Source: Malacoraja senta
Taxonomy: Eukaryota
Assembly (NCBI GenBank): GCA_038087875.1
Contig: CM075993.1
Span: 744,001 to 808,000, forward strand
Reading direction: 5' to 3'
DNA: 64,000 nucleotides
Shown: piece by piece, positions 51,439 through 63,244 of the stretch
Layout: each line of letters opens with the position of its first letter
How positions within the stretch are numbered: position 1 is the stretch's first letter
Program-made: the position numbers and the translations under genes
The notes under the pieces: generated by a model
The model's database searches: none
What the model saw: the letters and a program-made list of their open reading frames with translations, nothing else
What the model was told of the DNA's origin: nothing

Positions 51439-52669
51439 CTGTTCATGAACCAACACAACTCACTAATACAGTTCACCAACAGAGTTCACTCACTCTGAAG
51501 TTTCCACTTCCTACCTCTATCACTGCCAGCAGGGCTGCTGAACAGCTGTGCAGACCCAAGAAGATAAACCGAGCTGAATCTTTAATCCAAGGATCCTTGC
51601 GGATTTGAGGTTGAGAAAAACAGGAATGCTGGCACAAGTACTGAACACAGGGAAGTGACTGGGGACATAGGGAAGACAGATGTTACTCCTGTGGTTAAAT
51701 AGTGGCAAAGATTACCTGCAAACTCTAGAAAGTTTGACATTTGTTGTGCAAAACTTACAGAAACTTATTAATAAAATAATTTGAGAATCCGGAGAATAAA
51801 TAGTCATAAACTAGAGATTGTGGTGATTGAACAACAAAAAAACTGCTAACAATCTGAATTTAAAGCAGGAAAGAATGGTCTGTTGTTTACCTGCATGTTC
51901 TGCTTTCAGTTTTGCTTCATTGTGATCTTGTCAATGACATTGTTCTTAGTATTAGTTTATTATTGACACATGTACTGAGATAGTGAAAACTTAGCTTTGC
52001 ATGCTTTCCAAGCAAATCACATCAGACGGGAGGGAATACATTCTTACTTTGTGGATGTGATGGAGTAATGAATGCGAAGTGTTTATAATTCAGGATGAGC
52101 TTTAAATGATTTTCCCTGGAAATAAACAACATGGGAACAATTGGTGTTGCTCAGCATCTTTACAGCATGCTGGACCTGGATGTCAGGCAAGAGCTGCATC
52201 ACTAAGTGACAAGGGGGGTGGCTGATACAAAGATGAACAGAATATGAAACATCAGCATTTGACATATCTGGGAACAGGTGACGGGGAAATCCGCTGCCTA
52301 GAAATAGGTCATGCCCTCGGGTATGGAGAGGGAAAACCATGGGGACTGGAATGGAAAGAGACGCTAGGAAACAGAGAGGGAATTAGCTTCTGATTGGCAG
52401 TCTTGCTCTGTATACAGTCAAGAAAGTGCGATGTTGAGGTGTGTTAAAAGGTCATTATTATTGCGAAGGTGATCTTTCACCTTGTATTACACTGTGTGAC
52501 TACGCTGTGTACAGCTCCAGCATGCACAGTTCATAAAGTAAGGGTTGTGCAGTTGCTGACAAGATAACGGTAATAACAAGAAGAGAACTGAGGGGTGGAG
52601 CAATTGAATGATGAGAAGCAATTCTGCAAACTCAGCATGATCTCGCTGGAGGAGGAAAGGTTGAGAGTT

Positions 52670-52884
52670 AAGATGGCGCCCAACCCAGGCGATTATTTGC
52701 GTGCCTGCCACAGAAGCAGATCTACAATCACATATTGCAACCACTCCACACTCTTAAATCTCTATTCCTATCTATATGCTGTAAATGGCTCGATTGTAAT
52801 CATGTATTATATTTTCGCTGACTCGATAGCACGCAACAAAAGCTTTTTACTGTACCTCGGTACATGTGACAATAAACTAAACTG
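52670..52884 (+). mobile_element. Short element with AAGATGGCGCC head and Rex1-type LINE tail
   Basis: 3' half matches the tail at 5640-5745; the head is unrelated to LINE coding sequence. Confidence 0.5.
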
Positions 52885-52969
52885 ACAGAGTAAAATTCCA
52901 AAGAGGCCATACCATGTAGACTGTGAGGAATTGTTCACCTTGTGCACAGCCTCAAGGACGTGTGAAGCG

Positions 52970-53172
52970 TGTAAGTAGTCATCACACACGTGTAGCATTA
53001 TAATAGTCTTTAATAAGTATACAGAGTTAAACATCACATGAGTAGTCACGGACTCCAGTCTGCTACTGTACTGCGCAGAAGGAGAAGCAGGCGTTATTAT
53101 AAATGATACTTAAGGCGGGGTTAGTAGTGGGGAGGTAGCTATGTGATTGGTTGCATGCATAAAGCATCTACA
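52970..53172 (-). repeat. 3' LTR (~203 bp)
   Basis: Preceded by the PPT; ATTAAA near its end on the minus strand. Left boundary could alternatively be 52991. Confidence 0.8.
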
Positions 53173-53174
53173 TC

Positions 53175-55440
53175 CTTCCCCTTAGAAGATTAAACATGGT
53201 GGGTAACTGTGGCAACGACTTAAACAAAATCACCATACCGAACAGGCACGTACGGACCAACCTTTCCCCCCCCTCACCAGAAAGACCCAGACCCGGAGGC
53301 GACGAAGCCGGAGGGGAAACAGAAAGCGGCATGGGGGACAAACGTGCAGGAGGGCTAGAAAAATGGTTAGCAATGGGAGACCCACGCGGAGGTGGACACA
53401 ACACGCGAGGGGACTGAGGCATGCAGGGGCCGGCAACGGGATCAGCAGCAGATGGCTGGAACTGCAGCGGCGGAGCGTAAGGTCCGGCTGCCGGCGGGAG
53501 CGGCTCTTGTACAGCAAGCAGGTGCTGACGACTCCTGCGGTAGACAGTACCTTCAAAGTCCACAAGGTACGAACGAGGCGCATCGGCAATGCCAACCACG
53601 GTGGCCAGACGGGAATATCCGCTAGCAGTATGTAGACGAACGGCCTGTCCAGGCAGCAGAGGCTTGAGAGGCTTGCACGATCTATCATGTGACCGTCTTT
53701 GGATGTCATGCTTAGCCTGAATGCGCGTCTGGACGGAGGCAGGCTCCAGCACTCGAGGTAGCAGCTTGTGTTGAGAAATCGGAATCGGTGGTTTTGTTGT
53801 TCTGGACATCAGCCTCTGAGCAGGTGAGCCTAGGGTTGCGTCCCTGGAAATGTTCATTAGGTTTAGGAGTTCGAGGTAAAAGTCGGAATTCGCCAGGCTT
53901 GCTCCATTAGTAGTTTGGCACTCCGGATAGCCCGCTCAGCAAGCCCGTTACTCTGCGGGTACTCAGGGCTGCTCGTGAAGTGGAGGAAGTTCCACTTGTT
54001 GGCAAAGTTCTTGAACTCGTGGCTGGTAAACTGCCTGCCGTTGTCGGTCTGCAGACGGACAGGCGAGCCGAAATGACCATCTCGGACGTGAGGGAGGTCA
54101 GAAGGTCAACCTCGAAGCAGTTCGAGTACGAGTCAGCAAGGACGAGGTAGTGTTTACCACGCCACTCGAAAATGTCGGCGGCCACCGAGGTTCAGGCCAG
54201 GGCAGGCCAGCGAACAGCTGTTCCATGGTCCTCTGGAACACCTCGCTGGCGGAGTTGATGCCGAATGGCATTCGCAGGAACTTGAATCTGCCGAACGGTG
54301 TAGAAAACGTGGTCAGATCCGAGGACCCCTTGTCCAGTGGTATCTGCCAAAATGAGCTTTTTGCGTCGAGGACAGAGAAGACGGTGGCCTTTCCGACCTG
54401 GGCTGCAACATCCTCAACTGTCCTCATGGGGTAGTGGAGGCACCTGATGGCAAGGTTCAAGTCTTTAGGGTTGATACACACGCAAATTTCATTCTTGTCC
54501 TTTTTTAACGTGGCAACCATGGTGGACACCCACTCGGTGGGCTCACTGACCGTCTCTAGCACCCCCATGGTGACCATGTCGTTCAACATGGACTCGACTT
54601 TGTCCTTCATGGCGTGAGACACTCTGTGCGGTGCACGAATTACAGGTGACACCTTTGGATCAGCAGCAATTTTGTAGGTAATAGGCAGCTTGCCCAGTTC
54701 ATCATTAAACAGGTCTGGGTATTCCTTTACCGGGTCTACCGATATCATCACCTTGTGGACCGTTCTGTCAAACGACACCAGGCCCAGATCCTGGCATGCC
54801 TGGTTGCCCAACAGAGTCACACAGTCAGAGTTCAAAACATAAAAAGTCAAGGCACGCATTGTCTTTTTCAGCACACAAGTGAAAGTAGCTTTTCCCAGCG
54901 GTCTCAGCACCTCGCCTCCATAGGCGTGCAGGGTGGAACGGGCTGCAATCATTAGCTCATTATTCCTTATCTTCTTAAAAAGGCTTATTGACATTACATT
55001 CACTTTTGCCCCAGTATCGAGCTTAGCGTGGAAGCTGGAATTGTTGACAGTTGTCAGGACAGTTGGATCGGGTAGTCGGCCAGGTGCGTGAAGGAGTGAA
55101 TGCACACTCGCCTCCCCTTGCGAGATAATTGGATCGTCAGCGTGGGCAGCGTCGAGCAAGGACGGAGAACTATACATGTTATCAGCTTGCATCAGCATGT
55201 TTAGGTTAGGTCTGGAAGCTCGTGGCACATTCCCACGAGAACTACAGGCAGCAGAGAAATGGTTTAATTTCTTGCAATAGTTGCAGGCTTTACCAAAGGC
55301 AGGGCATGGCGACTGCCTGGGATGTATGTAGTTACAGTTCGGGCATTTGGGGGTTACACCGCCAGATGCGGGGCCGGGCCGAGGCACAAATTGATCGTTA
55401 GCAGATCGGGGTCGCGGTCTATTGAACCCAGTCAGGTTGA
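53175..55440 (-). pseudogene. Disrupted gag-pol (zinc knuckles, aspartic protease, partial RT, partial integrase)
   Basis: CNYCKKLNHFSAAC; AKLDTGAKVNV; VFSVLDAKSSFWQIPL...RMPFGINSASEVFQ; then a jump to AADIFEWRGKHYLVLADSYS and TDNGRQF...PQSNGLAERAI. Confidence 0.85.
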
Positions 55441-55449
55441 TAGATTTAG

Positions 55450-55603
55450 ATACAGAGTTAAACATCACATGAGTAGTCACGGATTCCAGTCTGCTACTGT
55501 ACTGCGCAGAAGGAGAAGCAGGCGTTATTATAAATGATACTTAAGGCGGGGTTAGTAGTGGGGAGGTAGCTATGTTATTGGTTGCATGCATAAACCATCT
55601 ACA
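55450..55603 (-). repeat. 5' LTR, truncated at its inner end
   Basis: Three visible mismatches to the 3' LTR over ~154 bp; U5, PBS and most of gag are missing. Confidence 0.85.
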
Positions 55604-56629
55604 AAGGGGATAAAGTGAAATGATCTGTGGACACATGTTCATTGAGTAGTCAGCCTATGGGATGCATTCCCAGGGAATAGTGGAAGCAGACAGCGCTGAT
55701 TTCATCAACTTAAATAGGTAATCTTTAGGAAAGTCATATTTTGGAATGCTGTACTTGAGAAGTTTGAGAGAGGTTTAACCAGCTGAGAGGAATCGTTGAC
55801 TTTGGATTAATGTTTCCAAACCTTGTGTCACTGTGATTTCCTTTGGTAAAGTGTAGACCAGTTATAGAATAATTAATAGAGATCGATTGCTATCAGTCAC
55901 TGGTGTTAAATCTTATGGTGATTAGAAGTGAATTAGGTGAACGCTGGTCTTGTCAGACAGCAGATCCCTTGTTACCTCAGTAACTGGGTTTCTGAGTGTG
56001 GGACCTTTACTCGGCCGCTCTGAGACGGAAAAAGGTATGAGGGAGATAGCGCTGAAGATAAATGCTGGAGCAGGCAAAGCCAGTCCCAGGCATCTGGATT
56101 CAGCACAGGGACTGTGACACCAGAGGAAAGATGGACAAACAGTTTGGATTCAATGTCTACACTGTGTGGAGACCACGCAAAACATTGTCTCCAGAGAGGT
56201 GAGGGTAGCAATACTGAGAATAGCTTCACACAGAATGTGGTATTTGGAAGCGGGGGAGACTGAGATACTGGAAGAGGCAGCAGAGTGTTTGCTGATCAAG
56301 GACTCTATAACTTATTTTAAGTAGGAGGTCCCATGAGTGAATTCCTGAGGAGTGACATTGGTGTTCAGATATAGAAGCAGAAATGTTTGATATTGTACAG
56401 TGCAGTGGTTCGACAGTTGTGTTAGCTGGGGCTGCAGCTTCTGTTAAAGTGGTACTCAGGAGAAACAGATGGAAGAATGTGCTCTGGGCCACAGTCCATC
56501 ACGTGAGTTTCAAGTTACTTCAAGATTGAACTGCTGATACTGATTCCTGAGCCACATTTTCCACAGAGTTCCAACCAGCGATTAAGCGTGCTCTTTCGCC
56601 AAGGTTCACTCTTCCTGCCTCCGATCTGA

Positions 56630-57108
56630 GTTAATGATCCTAGGAATGAGTGGGTTAATATATGATGAGCGTTTGATGGCACTGGGCCTGTACTCGCTGG
56701 AGTTTAGAAGGATGAGGGGGGACCTTATTGAAACTTACCGAATAGTGAAAAGCCTGGGTAGAGTGAATGTGGAGAGGATGTTTCCACCAGTGGGAAAGTC
56801 TAGGACCATAGGTCATGGCCTCAGAATTAAAGGATGTTCTTTTAGGAAGATTAGGAGGAATGTATTCAGTCAGAGGGTGGTGAATCTGTGGAATTCATTG
56901 CCACAGAAGGCTGTGGAGGCCAAGTCAATGGATATTTTTAAGGCAGAGGTGGATAGATTCTTGATTAGTACGGGTGTCAGAGGTTATGGGGAGAAGGCAG
57001 GAGAATGGGGTTAGGAGGGAGAGATAGATCAGCCATGATTGAATGGTGGAGTAGACTTGATGGGCCAAATGGCCTAATTCTGCTCATATCACTTGTGACC
57101 TTATGACT
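56630..57108 (+). mobile_element. CR1 LINE 3' fragment
   Basis: LGLYSLEFRRMRGDLIETY...FSQRVVNLWNSLP peptide and 3' tail. Confidence 0.88.
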
Positions 57109-57516
57109 TTAGAATCTCAGCAGATAGCCATGTGTGAAGTCACTCACTCCACGCTGTGAAGGGGAGATTTGTAAATTAGCTGAAAGCCAACTGATCCAAC
57201 GAGATCCAAGCAAAAAAATAATTCTCTTAGACATTCCCTGCATATTGAGGATGAGTTCCCTCCTCTCCAGATCTATGGGTTCTGAGGTGACTTCTCAGGC
57301 CAGTGAGGATAGGCAGGCTATTCCACAGTTCAGACAGGAGATGCTGAATGGGGCTAATGGATGGTAGGTTGAAAAACAATGTATTCTACCTCTTCACGGT
57401 GTATAGCTTCAGCATTCTCCTGCTTTGTGCTCACTGCCTTCCCAAATGCTTCTATTCATCTTCATCAGTTGCAGGCCTGGGCTAGATCACACCACAGGAA
57501 CATGCCCTTTAGCCTA

Positions 57517-58584
57517 TGGTTCACACGGGAGGGCTGGTCCCCCAACGCAATATTCCACCTCCACCAATTCCAATATTGGTGGCCAGTGGGGGGGGGGGGG
57601 AGTTCTGGAGCACTAGCATGGGTGTTGTGGGTCAAGTCAAGCACCGTGAGTGTAGGGCCAACAATCCATTTCAATCCATTTCATGTCGTCAATCCATTTC
57701 AAGTCAAGTCAAGCACAGGGCAGGCGGGGCCAGCCAACAATACAATACATTTGCTTTCATTTCAGGTGAGTTCAAGCAAACCAAAGGCAAAGCAAAAGCA
57801 AAAGCACAGGGCAAGTAGGGCCAGCCAACAATATAATCCATTTGATTTCATTTCAGGTGAGCTCAAGCAAAGGCAAAGCAAAAGCACAGGGCAGGCAGGG
57901 CCAGCCAACAATACAATCCATTTGCTTTCATTTTAGGTGAGCTCAAGCAAAGCAAAGCCAAAGCAAAAGCACAGGCCAGGCCAAACAACTCGTTTCATTT
58001 CATTTCCATTTCCATTTCAAGCACAGGGCAGGCCAAACAACTAATTTCATTTCATTAAGGGCTAACAAATCATTTATTGCAAGCACATTAAGGGTTAACA
58101 AATCATTGATTGCAAGCACATTGCTGGCTAACAAATCATTTATTGCAAGCACATAAAGGGTTAACCACATAACGCACATAACCACATAAAGCACTTAAGC
58201 ACATAACCACATAAAGGGTAAACTCACAGTTCAGTAGATTCACAGCAGAATCAGAGTTGTGACCTCTCCCTCGCGATCTTTCAGAGTGACTGACTCACAT
58301 CCAGGCATCCAGGGTTTTATAGTCCTGCCCTCCCCCCGGAAAGGGCGTTACCTTCATTGTGGTGATTGACAGGCGAGAGGACCAATCAGCTGATCTCAAG
58401 ATTTTTAAAACACTCATAACTTTTTTATTTTTCATCGATCGGAAAAATCCTCAGGGCTGCCTCAGCGGAGGAGGACTGTGAGTAAGATGACCAAAAATCA
58501 TAGCGATATAGCGTAGCGTTTTTTCTAAAATCAATGTACAGCACAGACAGGAAGTGGTCAAGATGAGACTTTTAATTATGTAGA
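57517..58584 (-). mobile_element. Probable non-autonomous Helitron-like element with internal tandem arrays, inserted in a CR1 tail
   Basis: Minus strand starts A|TCTACATAATTAAAA; no TSD; the interrupted CR1 tail continues on both sides (compare 34940-35030). The 3' hairpin/CTRR end is not seen. Confidence 0.45.
57631..58220. repeat. Compound tandem array: ~65-91 bp units (57631-58055), 33-bp units x3 (58058-58160), short cacataa repeats
   Basis: Read directly. Confidence 0.88.
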
Positions 58585-59440
58585 TGTCTGTGCAAGACCA
58601 GCTCTTATCTGCCTGCACATAATCCACATGACTCAATTCCCTGCATGTCCATGTGCCAATTCAAAAGCTTCTTAAAAGCCACTGTAGTGTCTGCCTCCAC
58701 CACCACCCTAGGCAGCACGTTCCAAGCACTCAACTTCCCCTGCACATTTCCTTTAAATTTTACACCTCTCAATTAAAACTATACCCTCTAGTATTTGATA
58801 TTTCCATCCTAGAAAAAAAGTTTCTGACTGTATACGTTATCCTTGCCTCTCATAATTTTATATACTTCCATCAGGTCTCCCCTCGATTTCTGGCTCTCCA
58901 GAAGAAACAATCCAAGTCTGTCTAACCTCTCCCTGTAATTAACATCCCCTAATCCCGGCATCATTCAGGCATACCTTCACTGCACTCTTTCCAAAGCATT
59001 CATATCCATTCTGTATTGGGTAAACCAGAACTGTACCCAAATATAGCCCAACTAAAGTCACATAAAGCTGCATCGTGACTTCCTGACTTTTATACTCAGT
59101 CCTTACCAATGAAGGCAACCATACCATATGCCCTCTTTAACACTCTATCTATTTGTTTTACCATTTTCAGGGAGTTATGGACTTGGACCCTAAAATCCCT
59201 TTGTACATCAATGCTGTTAAGGGTCTTGCCATTAAATGTATATTAACCCCTTACATTCAACCTCACACTTGTTTGGATTAAACGGCATCTGCCATTTCTG
59301 TAACCGATCTATATCCCGCTGTATACTTTGACAGCCTTCCACACAGTCCACAATCATGGTGACATGTGCTACCTTTAGTACCTACTGACTGACCTACCCT
59401 CATTGATCACCTTCACCACCTCCTCAAATAAATCAATCAA
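58585..59440 (-). mobile_element. CR1-type LINE 3' fragment
   Basis: Reverse-complement similarity to 49880-50860. Confidence 0.72.
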
Positions 59441-59484
59441 GGTAGAATTTAATTGAAGTGTTTTCTTATGCTTAAGTTAAGTGT

Positions 59485-59800
59485 GGAGAGATTTAAGAGC
59501 AACGATTTCACTTAGTGGGTTGTCCGTGTCTGGAATGAGCTTCCAGAGGAAGCTACAGAAGGGGATACAATGATGACTAAGGGGATACAAAAAAGACAAT
59601 AATGGATGTACTGTATATGTATATATCATATGTCCAAATGTCTGTTGTTATTGTTTCCCCTTCTGTAGCTTCTTCCGGAAGGTTATTGAGGACCATAGGA
59701 TAAATGCAGGTAAATGGACGAGCCCAGTGGGCCAACTTGGTTGGCATGGACAAGATGGCTCAAAGGACCTGTTTCTGTACTGTGCAGCTCTATGACTATG
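59485..59800 (+). mobile_element. CR1 3' tail
   Basis: tggaatgagcttccagagg...aaggacctgtttctgtactg...ctctatgactatga. Confidence 0.6.
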
Positions 59801-60043
59801 ACCAGGGCTTTTAAACCCCGGAAGACGGTTTGTTGGAAGCCAATATGAACTCTGGTGGGATACTTCTCTCAAGCTGAAACAAAAATGTATTATTTAGAAG
59901 AGTTGTGAGATGGGGTGTTTTGGATGTGTAAAGTTGTACAGTTGTGTGATCAGCTGAACAAGGTTGCCTGTTGCTAAGTGAATTATTAAGCGATCATTGG
60001 TGTTTAACATTAACGAGTGTGTGTATTGTGATTCCTTGGACAG

Positions 60044-60505
60044 GTCTCTCATGATGACAGTCTTCCATCAGATTTGATCTACTCTGTGAGAGTGCCTCCT
60101 GTCTATGGGCAATTGGCAATGGGCTCTGACAATGGGTCAAGTGCATGGCGGAAACCCCTCAGGTCATTTTCCCAGGAGGACATAAATGCGGGCAGTGTTC
60201 AGTACGTTAACCTTCGATTCAGCCCTCAGGCCGATGCTTTCACACTGGACCTGTCCAATGGATTTAAGTCAGTGGATGGACTCACAGTTGTGGTAGATAT
60301 CATTCCTGATAGAATTTCTTTGGAAACCCAGAACATCTCAGTGAGAGAAGGAGATGCACGGGCCCTCAGTGAAGACCTCCTCAACATTTCCAACTACGCC
60401 AATTCCCTGAATTTCAAATGTTACATTCTGAAGGGCCCAGAGCACGGCAGGATCGCAAACCAACGATTTCCTGAAGACAGTCTTTCATTCTTCACCATGA
60501 AGGAG
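60044..60505 (+). CDS. CSPG4: CSPG4-family gene, coding exon 4 (462 nt; CSPG repeats)
   Basis: Acceptor ggacag|GTC, open frame VSHDDSLPSDLIYSVRVPP...FSQEDINAGSVQY...GPEHGRI...FFTMKE; donor GAG|GTAAGG; phase 0 at both ends. Confidence 0.9.
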
Positions 60506-60714
60506 GTAAGGTTCCAATGGATGAGGATGTCCTCAAATGTGGTCCTGGTGAACTTCACCAGTGCCTTCTCTGTTTTGGGAACGCTTAATGTCGATGCAGA
60601 TATTTCTCTTCTATTTGTGTTGATGATCTGAGTAATGTTCTAACAACACCCTCAGTTTCCAGTTGCCTGACACTTTAATTACCTATCTCGCTCCCACTCT
60701 GATCTAACTCTGTA

Positions 60715-61330
60715 ACCTCAAGCCCAACAAAGCCCAAAATAAACTTGACGGACAGCACCTAATTTTCCATCTGAGCACACACTACAGACTTCTGATTCAA
60801 GATCAAATTCTCCAGCTCCAGGTAACTTCTTCTTTCTTTCTGTCTCTTTCAGAACTGGCCATTCCTGCCTGTCATTATTTTGGGTCAGATTTTCCCTCTG
60901 TTAGTAAAGTCTGGTTGCTGGGCATGCCCCACAGCCCTGCTATTAGCAACACGTAACACAGGCAAAGAGGCAGAACCTTGTTCTAACCACTACGTTAACT
61001 CAACCAAAACACAAAGTGCCTCTTCAGACTGATGCTGCCTGACCTGTTGAGTTCCGACAGTACTCTGTGTTTTGCTTAGGATTCCAGCATCGGTGCTTCC
61101 TTCTGTCTCCAGCCGCATTAACCTCTCAGGTCTCACCCCATCAGACATATTCCCTTTGTTCTACCCAGTTCTCCTCCACCGTCTCTGCTACTGAAAATTA
61201 ACTTGATTCTGATGAAGGATCTCAAACCTGAAACGTCACTATTTCATTGTCCACAGATGCTGCTTGACCTTGTTACCTGAGTGATTCTAGCACTAATAGT
61301 TTTATTTCAGAGTTTCAGCATGTGCAGTTT
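60715..61330 (+). mobile_element. Old PLE 3' fragments and pseudo-LTRs
   Basis: Decayed GIY-YIG end at ~60740-60825; core CTGATGA-AGG...CCT-GAAACGTC at 61209-61237. Confidence 0.55.
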
Positions 61331-61536
61331 GTTTGATTGTTTATCAACCCCTGTTGAGAATGATATGTTTTTGATGCCTGTTGGTTGCCTGCGGTGGAAT
61401 GATTGGTGTGTCAGTGATACGTATCAATGCTGAGTGATGGAGGCACCGGGTTTGTGATGTGTGTGGTACCTGTTGAACATTTGCTTACTGTTTTCACAAT
61501 CCCCCTCTTGAATGTTTGTTTCCTGCCTATTTTCAG

Positions 61537-61713
61537 GTCACAGAAGGTGCAGTGTTTTATTTTCATGACGGCAGTGAAACATTGATAGACAACTTCACTG
61601 TATTTGTAAATGCCTCTGAGATTGGCAGACAGAGTGAAGTAATGGCAGTGTATGTAACAGTGATCCCTGTGAACGACCAGCTTCCTGTTGTCACCATTAA
61701 TACCGGACTGAAG
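61537..61713 (+). CDS. CSPG4: CSPG4-family gene, coding exon 5 (177 nt); gene continues beyond window
   Basis: Acceptor ttttcag|GTC, VTEGAVFYFHDGSETLIDNF...IPVNDQLPVVTINTGLK matches the CSPG4 repeat pattern; donor AAG|GTAAGT. Confidence 0.92.
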
Positions 61714-62447
61714 GTAAGTACATTATTAACTTATGATCTCCTCTCCCACAGTGATGCTACTGGCTGGGTGTCCAAACAAATTCATCAAAAACTCTGCTGG
61801 AAACCTGACACATCCTCACGTTTAGCAGGAAGAGATGGATGATTTTCAACTCTGTTAGTCGACATTGTGACAATTAGTGGAAGGGCAATGTTATTTAAAA
61901 GATATTTAACTTTATTTTCCTCGGCCCGTTACTCCATCCCTGTCACTTGCTCGCTCACACACTGGCTGGGCCACCAGTGCAGTGCTGTGTCCACTTCAGA
62001 AAAGATGTCAGCTTTTCAGAGAGAGCACAAAGATTTACCACATTGGTTCCAGAATGAGGAGTTTATATCTGCGATGAGACTGGAGAGGTTGAGGGTTTGT
62101 TCTTGGAGAAGAGTAGGGGCCAGGGTACCTGATAGAGGGATTTAGAATCTCAAAGAATATTTGTAGTGGAGATAGAAAGTGTTGGCAGAGCGGGCAGGAG
62201 ACTGGGGATGGGGAATGAAGGTGATGATCACCGACAGTGATAGGAAGGAAATCCTCTCTTGTGGTGTGGGATGGCTGGGGCAGCAGAGGTGGCAGATCAG
62301 TGGCCGCATTCAGAGGGCAGCTGCATTGCTATCTGAGTGCGATGGATCTGCAGGTCTCCGGGCAGAGGCTGAAGGGAAGGGGCTGGCAGACTGCATTATA
62401 GGGCTAGAAAGGGCCAGACAGGCCGACCAGTCCTTCATCCAGCAGTG

Positions 62448-62822
62448 TGTGCGAAGGAACTGCAGATACTGGATTAAACCGAAGATAGACACAAAATGCT
62501 GGAGTAACTCAGCGGGACAGGCAGCATCTCTGGAGAGAAAGAATGGATGATATTCTGGGTCAAGACCCTTCCTTAGTCTGAAGAAGGGTCTCGACCCGAA
62601 ACGTCACCCATTCCTCATCCCGCAGTATTGGGTGTGATGGCACAGCTGAGAAATGATCTATCGATTCCTCTGCAAGTTATAAATTCTTGAGGCTGCAACT
62701 ACTCTGTAATTCTGTAAACATCCACCTGACTGGTGAAGATGGGTCTCGACCCGAAACGTCATCCATTCCTTCTCTCATGAGATGCTGCCTGTCCCGCTGA
62801 TTTACTCCAGCACTTTGTGTCT
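62448..62822. mobile_element. Fold-back pseudo-LTR pair (62448-62615) plus a further plus-strand copy (62733-62822)
   Basis: Near-TSD tcatccagcagt / tcatcccgcagt; intact core at 62578-62605. Confidence 0.82.
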
Positions 62823-63244
62823 ATGAGTGAGACAAAAAAAAGCTGTCCATTCATTTTGATAATTCTATCTGAAGAAACATGAATATGTGTACAAATTCAT
62901 TGCCCAGTTCAAAACCATGAGCTTGTAAGATTTATTGCAAACTTTGGGTTTATTAAACTAGCAAAAGCAATTTACAGGAATTAACAAGCATAGTTGGAGT
63001 TGCAGTGTGCCAGTGTTTGAGACGGCCACCAGGGGACAGTATTGACAGCGATAACTGTGAGCTGGAAGAGGCTGCATGGTGGAGAATAATTCATGATGAT
63101 GAGGATGAATTTGTAAATGATTATAGAATTGGGAGCAATGGAGAACTGGCACAGGGAGCAGATGAGGCCTGGGGAATATCAGCCATAGCTATTAAACTGC
63201 GGGTTTGGAGAAACTGAGCGGTTTACTCCTGCTCCTCTTACAGT

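Larger units (their letters stand above)
52970..55603 (-). mobile_element. Internally deleted Ty3/Gypsy LTR retrotransposon
   Basis: Direct repeats 53019-53172 and 55450-55603; TG...CA ends; PPT aaggggaagga next to the 3' LTR on the minus strand; candidate 5-bp TSD aagcg/aaggg; gag-PR-RT-IN order. Confidence 0.92.

Noticed and set aside
52991-53018. TGTAG at 52991 as the LTR terminus
   Set aside because: Gives a neat inverted repeat but no TSD. 52970 gives TGTA plus a 4/5 TSD match and room for U5, so it was preferred, though not proven.
54098-55480. 460-aa ORF as a domesticated or active gag-pol gene
   Set aside because: Starts within the LTR across a deletion junction and lacks YxDD and RNase H.
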